From assembly GCA_031409275.1 (NCBI GenBank), contig JANNXA010000028.1:12257-76256 (forward strand): a DNA stretch of 64,000 nucleotides, in the 5' to 3' direction. This document shows positions 58,593 through 64,000 of the stretch, one piece after another. Positions within the stretch are counted from its first letter, which is position 1, and each line of letters starts with the position of its first letter. Source of the DNA: Planctomycetota bacterium. GTDB taxonomy: Bacteria; Planctomycetota; B15-G4; SIAN01. The translations under genes were made by a program, and so were the position numbers. Under the pieces are notes generated by a model. That model had not been told where the DNA came from and ran no database searches. It worked only from the letters and a program-made list of their open reading frames with translations.

Positions 58593-60254
58593 CTACTGCG
58601 AGATCGCCAGGAGGCCGTTCGAGGCGGAGAGGCGCCGCGGTGCCGCCGAATCGGCGATCCAGCACTGGAACCACCACTCCTCGCCCGAGGGCAGCCCATC
58701 GGGCCAGACGTCGGTGAGGGACAGCGCGCCGGTCGCATCGGTCAGCGTGAGTGGCAGCACCACGTCGGGCGCTGGCACGAGCGTGCCGCTCATGAATGGC
58801 AGGTCGATCCGGCTGGCGCCGACGATCAGCCACGTCATCGCGAGCGGATTCGCCTGCGTGAGCTCGAGCCCGACCGTGTTGCTGCCGGCCGGGTAGCCGG
58901 TGCCGCGCAGCCGCGGCAACCCGTTGCTTCCCGCCAGCGCTCCATCGAGCGAGGTCCAGACGCCGGTCTGCACGTAGTGGAAGAGCGTGAAGGTCGACTC
59001 GCCGACCGACGCGACGGAGTGGTCCGCCATGCGCACCACGCCGCGTCCGCGCAGCGAGACGTCGTTGGCGGAGTACCAGTCCTCGTTCCCGTCCGGCGAG
59101 TAGCGGACCGTCGCCGTCTTCAGGTAGCTCAAGTTGCCCGAGGTCGGGCCAGGGCCGCCCTGACCGGTGATGTAGATCTCGTCATCGGGGCCGATGGTGA
59201 GCCCGTAGGGAATCTCGTCGTTGTACTTGTGGCGGTCGTACGTCGCCGACCAGAGCAGCGAGCCATCGGGCGCCAGCTTGTGGGTGATCCAGTCGAAGTA
59301 GCCGCCGGTGCTCTGGTAGCCCGTGACCACCACGTTCGCCGCGGAGTCGAACGCGAGGCGAGTGCCGAGCAAGCCGGTGTAGCCGTTCGACCACTGCAGG
59401 TTCCCGGCGAGGTCGAAGTGGTAGACCTGCACCTGGTTCGCGCCGCCGGCGCATACGGCCAGCTCGTTCGAAGGGCCGAGCGCGATGTCCCAGCCGCTGC
59501 TCGACGCGTTGCTGCTGTAGCTCCAGAGCAGGTTGCCATTCGGGTCGTACGCCTCGGTCAGCATGCCGCCGATGGTGCCGCCAGTGACGTAGACGTTGCC
59601 CGCCGCATCGACGACCAGCCCTCCAGGGGAGTCCTGCGACGAGGCGCTGTACCCGGCGGTGCGCGTCCACAGCTTGGTGCCATCGGGCGCGTACTTGATG
59701 GTGACCAGATCGTCGGTGAAGAAGCCGCTCGAGTTGCCGAGGTAGGCGCTGCCGAGCACGATCACGTTGCCGGCAGCGTCAGAGGCGATGCGAGCGGTTC
59801 GGCCGTGCGTGTAGGAGATGACGTCCGACCACTGCAGGTTGCCGGCGGGGTCGTACTTGAGCGTCACGAAGCCGATCCCCGAAACGCTCGATCCGGTGAC
59901 GAGGTAGCCGGAAACCAGCGGGTTGCCCGACGGATCGAGCGCGACCCAGCTGCCCTGCTCGCGCGTGCCGGGGTTGTCGTACTCGACCTGCCACAGCAGG
60001 TTGCCGGCACCGTCGAGCTTGGCGAGTTCGACGTAGGTGAAGGGATAGGAGCCGACGACGTAGAGATCGTCGGCGGCATCGACCGCGACCATCGCGCCGT
60101 AGAGCTGGGACGCGCCGCTCTTCAGCGTCACGTTCCAATCTTCGGACACGGCTTGAAATGCGTGGCCGGCGGGCGCGATTGCCCACGCGGCGATTGCCGC
60201 GAGGGCGAGAGTGGGGAATGTCCTGCAGCCGCCGCTGCAACGTGTCGTGAACAT
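58593..60254 (-). CDS. SBBP-like beta-propeller repeat secreted protein with a C-terminal accessory domain
   Basis: AAGGAGG RBS; signal peptide; repeats VDAAGNVYVTG and TIKYAPDGTKLW. Confidence 0.85.
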   Translation of the reverse strand: MFTTRCSGGCRTFPTLALAAIAAWAIAPAGHAFQAVSEDWNVTLKSGASQLYGAMVAVDAADDLYVVGSYPFTYVELAKLDGAGNLLWQVEYDNPGTREQGSWVALDPSGNPLVSGYLVTGSSVSGIGFVTLKYDPAGNLQWSDVISYTHGRTARIASDAAGNVIVLGSAYLGNSSGFFTDDLVTIKYAPDGTKLWTRTAGYSASSQDSPGGLVVDAAGNVYVTGGTIGGMLTEAYDPNGNLLWSYSSNASSSGWDIALGPSNELAVCAGGANQVQVYHFDLAGNLQWSNGYTGLLGTRLAFDSAANVVVTGYQSTGGYFDWITHKLAPDGSLLWSATYDRHKYNDEIPYGLTIGPDDEIYITGQGGPGPTSGNLSYLKTATVRYSPDGNEDWYSANDVSLRGRGVVRMADHSVASVGESTFTLFHYVQTGVWTSLDGALAGSNGLPRLRGTGYPAGSNTVGLELTQANPLAMTWLIVGASRIDLPFMSGTLVPAPDVVLPLTLTDATGALSLTDVWPDGLPSGEEWWFQCWIADSAAPRRLSASNGLLAISQ

Positions 60255-60347
60255 GGTGCTTGGTCCTCCTTGTGGGGGAAGGAGGGGCAAGCGACGTGCC
60301 GCTCACGGGCACCGGCGGCGTCACGCTTCGCGCCGCGCGTCGCGGCG

Positions 60348-61979
60348 CTACTTCCAGTCGACGTAGCTGATCTGCGTGATGCCCGGCACCAGGCGACCGA
60401 GGTCTTTGCCGTCGCGCGTCATCAGGCGCAGCTCGGTGTAACCGACGCTCTTCTGGTAGGCGATGAAGCGGTGCGTCGGGTCGGCGACCGGCAGCCAGTT
60501 GATCCAGCCGTCGTGCAGCACCGTCTTCTCGCCGCTGCCGTCGACGGCGACGTCGACCAGATCCCACGGTGTGAAGCCCGCCTCGACGTCGAGCGTGTAC
60601 CAGGTGTCCTTCAGGAAGCGCTCGAAGAGCAGATGGCCGCCGGCCGCGACCGGATCGTGATCGGAGACGCCAGCGACGAAGGTGAGCTGCTGAACGTTCT
60701 TGCCGTCGGCATCCATGACGGCGAGGCGCACTTGCGGCTGCGCGCTGAAGCGATCGGTCTTGAAGGCGATGCGGCCGTCGACGAGCCAGTCGGGATCGTT
60801 GTCGTCCGCTCCGTCGGGGGTCAGCGCGGCGAGCTCGGTGCCGCTCGCGTCCATGCGCACGATGCGGAACGACCCGTTGCGAAACGACGCGTAGGCGATT
60901 TCCGAGTCGTCGGGAGACCATGCCGGATGGCCGTCGGTGAGCTGGTTGCTGGTGAGTTGCGCAAGTCCGGTCCCGTCGACGTTCACCGTCCAGATCTCGT
61001 AGTCGGCGACCTGGTCGATGGCCGGCGCCGAGTGGAAGGCGATGCGCTTGCGGTCGTGCGACAGCGAGACGTTGTCCTTGTAGGTCGTCGGGTCATTGGT
61101 GACGCGAGTGACGACCCGCTGCGCCGGATCGAACGTGTAGATCTCCCCCTTCGCCGACTCGTGGCGCGAGACGAACGCAATCAACCCGGTGAGGTGGCGC
61201 GGCAGCTGCGGATGGCGGTGGGGCGTCAGCGGCTGCAGCGGCAGGAGCGGCCAACTGGAAGTGCCGGCGCCGAGGAATGGCCCCGACGCGCCCATCACGG
61301 CGATGCTCCCTTCGAGCGTCGCCAGGCGAACGTGGTCGAAGAGCGCGAGCGTGAAGCGCGTGCTCGAGCGCAGCGGTCCATCCTCGCCGCTCGCGTCGTC
61401 GCCGAGCGGGATCAGGAACTCGGCCTGGTAGCGCTGCGTCACGCCGTCCCATTCGAGGCAGCCTTGCCCATCCCCGACGGCATCGGTCTCGTCGCCTGAT
61501 GCGGCGTGCTGGTCGATCGCGAAGCTGCGCACCGACGCCGCGATCACCGTGCGCGCCTCTTCGTTCGCGCCGAAAGTCCCATCCCCGTCGTCGTCGAACG
61601 CGAGCTTCAAGCCGTCGAAATCGACCGGCCCGAGGAGTGGATCGAAGTCGTGGTCGAACGTCGGGTCGTCCCACTCGACCGCGACGTAGAGATCGCGATC
61701 GTCATTGTCGAACGCGTAGCGAAGGGTCGTGCTCTGCCCGGTCGGTGGGCCGATGCCCAGCCCGTCGATCCACGCCAGCGTCGTCTCGGCGTGAGCGTTC
61801 GGCAGCGCCGCGAAGTCGAAGCGCCCGTCGATCGGATGGCGCTGCGCGAGGCCCACGGGCAGCGGCGCCTTCGCACGGCCCGCGCGCGCGACGCCGTCGG
61901 CGCGCAGTGGAGTCGCGCCGGTGAAGAGCAGCGCGAACGTCGCTGCCGTCAGAGCGGGCGCGCGAAGAAGCGATCGCAT
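60348..61979 (-). CDS. Secreted TolB-like (PD40) beta-propeller protein with an N-terminal DOMON/CBM9-like domain
   Basis: Signal peptide; DLYVAVEW and YQAEFLIPL; HPAWSPD, IAFVS, EIWTVNVDGTGL. Confidence 0.8.
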   Translation of the reverse strand: MRSLLRAPALTAATFALLFTGATPLRADGVARAGRAKAPLPVGLAQRHPIDGRFDFAALPNAHAETTLAWIDGLGIGPPTGQSTTLRYAFDNDDRDLYVAVEWDDPTFDHDFDPLLGPVDFDGLKLAFDDDGDGTFGANEEARTVIAASVRSFAIDQHAASGDETDAVGDGQGCLEWDGVTQRYQAEFLIPLGDDASGEDGPLRSSTRFTLALFDHVRLATLEGSIAVMGASGPFLGAGTSSWPLLPLQPLTPHRHPQLPRHLTGLIAFVSRHESAKGEIYTFDPAQRVVTRVTNDPTTYKDNVSLSHDRKRIAFHSAPAIDQVADYEIWTVNVDGTGLAQLTSNQLTDGHPAWSPDDSEIAYASFRNGSFRIVRMDASGTELAALTPDGADDNDPDWLVDGRIAFKTDRFSAQPQVRLAVMDADGKNVQQLTFVAGVSDHDPVAAGGHLLFERFLKDTWYTLDVEAGFTPWDLVDVAVDGSGEKTVLHDGWINWLPVADPTHRFIAYQKSVGYTELRLMTRDGKDLGRLVPGITQISYVDWK

Positions 61980-62476
61980 CCGTGGTGACCGGTGTTCCCT
62001 TCCGGAGCCGCCAGCGGCATGAAACCGGCGGCGAGGTAGAGCTTGCGCGCGGCGTCCATCCATGAGGTCGTCTCCAGGTAGCAGCGGCGGTAGCCGGCGC
62101 CGCGCATCTCGTCGAGCAACCGATCCAGCAACTCGCGCCCCACGCCGCGCCCGCGCGCGATCGGCCGGAAGTACATCTTGCGCAGCTCGCACGTCGCCTC
62201 CGCCGCGTCGCTGCCGGCGAGGCGCGCGAAGCCGCCGCCACCCACCACTTCGCCTGCGTGCTCGACGACGAGGTAACGCGATTGCGGCGTCGCGTAGGCG
62301 CGGCTCATCGCGGCGACCTCGGCGTCGTGGATCGCGAAGCCGCCGCCGGTGCAGCGGTGCTCCGTCATCACGTCGCGGATCACGGCGCCCATCGACGCGT
62401 CATCACCGGCGCGAATCGGGCGCAGGAGGAAGGGGAAGTCGGCGGGGCGCAACACATCGCGGTGGGTGGAATCCAT
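61949..62476 (-). CDS. GNAT family N-acetyltransferase
   Basis: CELRKMYF; ARGRGVG; CYLET; ARKLYLAAGF. Confidence 0.92.
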   Translation of the reverse strand: MDSTHRDVLRPADFPFLLRPIRAGDDASMGAVIRDVMTEHRCTGGGFAIHDAEVAAMSRAYATPQSRYLVVEHAGEVVGGGGFARLAGSDAAEATCELRKMYFRPIARGRGVGRELLDRLLDEMRGAGYRRCYLETTSWMDAARKLYLAAGFMPLAAPEGNTGHHGCDRFFARPL

Positions 62477-62594
62477 CGCGGAAGCTGAACCGGGGCGCTT
62501 GCTCCCGTCCAGTCGTCCGCAGCTCGTCGAACCGGCAGAGCCCGCGCGCCGCGCTCTCGTGAAAACGGAGCGCTCGCGCTACCTTTCCGCGACC

Positions 62595-63215
62595 ATGGCA
62601 ACCAGCGCTACCACTGTCGCCGCCTACCTCGCCGCCCTTCCCGCCGACCGCCGCGCCGAGCTCGAGAAGTTGCGCGCCGTGATCCTCGCCAACCTCGACC
62701 GCGACGGGATCGAGGAGGGAATGCAGTACGGGATGATCGGCTACTACGTGCCGCATCGCCTCTTCGCTGCCGGCTACCACTGCGATCCGAAGCAGCCTCT
62801 TCCATTCGCCGGTCTCGCGGCGCAGAAGAGCCACAGCTCGCTCCATCTGATGGGGCTCTACATGGGCCAGCTGCCCGGTAGCCCGGCCCGCGACCTCTAC
62901 GAGTGGTTCGTCGCGGCGTGGAAGAAGAGTGGCAAGAAGCTCGACATGGGCAAGGCGTGCATCCGCTTCAAGAAAGCGGACGACCTCGCGCTCGACGTCA
63001 TCGGCGAAGCGTTCCGACGCATGACCGGGCAGCGCTACGTCGCCGCGTACGTCGCCGCTCGCGACTCGCAGGCGAAGAAGGGGCCGACGCCGCGTGCGCA
63101 GATCCAGGCCGCCGTGGCCGCACGCAAAAAGACGAAGGCGGCGGGCGCGACGAAGAAGCCCGACGCGAAGAAGCCCGCGACGAAGACACCCGCCGCCAAG
63201 CGCGGCAAGAGCTGA
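62595..63215 (+). CDS. DUF1801 domain protein with a Lys/Ala-rich tail
   Basis: EGMQYGMIGYYVPH; GYHCDPKQPLPF; KKLDMGKACIRFKK. Confidence 0.88.
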   Translation: MATSATTVAAYLAALPADRRAELEKLRAVILANLDRDGIEEGMQYGMIGYYVPHRLFAAGYHCDPKQPLPFAGLAAQKSHSSLHLMGLYMGQLPGSPARDLYEWFVAAWKKSGKKLDMGKACIRFKKADDLALDVIGEAFRRMTGQRYVAAYVAARDSQAKKGPTPRAQIQAAVAARKKTKAAGATKKPDAKKPATKTPAAKRGKS

Positions 63216-63285
63216 CGGGCACGCGAAGCGGCGCGGGGCCCGCGGGGGGGGCCCGCCCCGGCGCGCCCCCCCCCAAACCCCCGAT
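63216..63285. other. Compositional junction made of G/C homopolymer runs, probable assembly chimera
   Basis: Runs such as CGCGGGGGGGGCCC and CCCCCCCCAAACCCCC separate ~70% GC DNA from ~40% GC DNA (estimates by eye). Confidence 0.75.
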
Positions 63286-63420
63286 CCAGAAAAAACCGTC
63301 TGTGGATTTACTCATTTTGATCATACGTTCTTCAAGCGCACGATTTTTGACCATCAAATGATACGTTTTAAGGGGATCAAATCCCAGAGACTTCGCTTTT
63401 GCTAACGGAGATTGTTTCAT
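63277..63420 (-). CDS. 5' fragment of a 2-oxoacid dehydrogenase E1 alpha subunit, truncated at the junction
   Basis: YHLMVKNRALEERMIKMSKSTDGFFWIGG then low-complexity sequence; 3 nt downstream of lpdA. Confidence 0.7.
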
Positions 63421-63423
63421 AAT

Positions 63424-64000
63424 CTATTTCATTTTTCTTTTGAGTGTGTGAATGGGAAGGCCAAGGGCATCTTCACAGGCTTCCATGATTGATTCAGAGG
63501 TTGTGGGGTGAGGGTGAACGGTCAGGGCAAGATCTTCAACACTTGCACCCATTTCAATCGCCAATGTACCTTCCGCAATCAGGTCCGAAGCATGAGCTCC
63601 AATAATATGAACACCCAGCAATAGTCCGTTGGATTTTTTTCCGATGACTTTGACAAATCCGTCCGTTGCTCTTGTTGAAACTGCACGTCCCAAAGCTGCA
63701 AAAGGAAACATACCCGTAAAATATTCGATGCCCTGTTTTTTACATTCTTCTTCTGTCAAACCTACAGCTGCAATTTCAGGATCTGTAAAAATTGCGCCTG
63801 GCATCGCCTTCACATCGTATTCTGATTCGTGACCGCCAATATGTTCAGCGGCAACAATTCCTTCTTTGGATGCTTTGTGCGCAAGCAACGGCTGTCCCGC
63901 AACATCACCAATGGCATAAATGTTGGGCAGGTTGGTTTGCATGTGCTTGTTGATGATCACGCGACCGCGATCCATATTCACACCAATTTTATCCAGGCCG
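63424..64000 (-). CDS. lpdA: Dihydrolipoamide dehydrogenase, C-terminal part (partial at the window edge)
   Basis: IYAIGDV; LAHKASKEG; FTDPEIA; HPHPTTSE. Confidence 0.93.
   Translation of the reverse strand, partial: GLDKIGVNMDRGRVIINKHMQTNLPNIYAIGDVAGQPLLAHKASKEGIVAAEHIGGHESEYDVKAMPGAIFTDPEIAAVGLTEEECKKQGIEYFTGMFPFAALGRAVSTRATDGFVKVIGKKSNGLLLGVHIIGAHASDLIAEGTLAIEMGASVEDLALTVHPHPTTSESIMEACEDALGLPIHTLKRKMK

Noticed and set aside
537..61499. Many long antisense or alternative-frame ORFs (e.g. 537..3590, 16722..19346, 23706..26534, 46431..49325, 53877..56675, 58476..61499)
   Set aside because: They are shadows of real genes in ~70% GC DNA, are Arg/Ala-rich, and have no recognisable motifs
62998..63276. 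C-terminal extension of ORF 62998..63420
   Set aside because: It is read-through across the junction into the antisense strand of the DUF1801 gene

Overview
Almost the whole window (1 to ~63215) is high-GC (~70% by eye) bacterial DNA. Its gene content points to Planctomycetota (inference): CRTAC1/ASPIC-UnbV plus TPR, membrane-anchored ECF sigma fusions, an ECF/Ser-Thr kinase pair, and FG-GAP and SBBP secreted proteins. Main results: (1) a minus-strand cluster at 9300-19762 encoding a ferredoxin/flavoprotein/putative heme-b membrane fusion, a 23-heme cytochrome c, a beta-barrel outer-membrane protein, and 7-heme and 11-heme lipoproteins (41 CxxCH in total), a candidate complete NAD(P)H-to-cell-surface electron conduit; (2) a selenoprotein at 57445-58518 that the ORF track splits in two (in-frame TGA in a UxxC motif, followed by a SECIS-like hairpin, fused to an MsrA-like domain); (3) a candidate structured ncRNA downstream of metG with a putative promoter and a terminator; (4) a shared ~125-aa C-terminal domain on four secreted proteins of three classes; (5) a four-copy REP-like repeat cluster; (6) an abrupt switch to AT-rich DNA at ~63280 that truncates a gene, most likely an assembly chimera. 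No rRNA, tRNA, CRISPR array, transposase or integrase was recognised. Family assignments come from motif recognition only; no searches were run.
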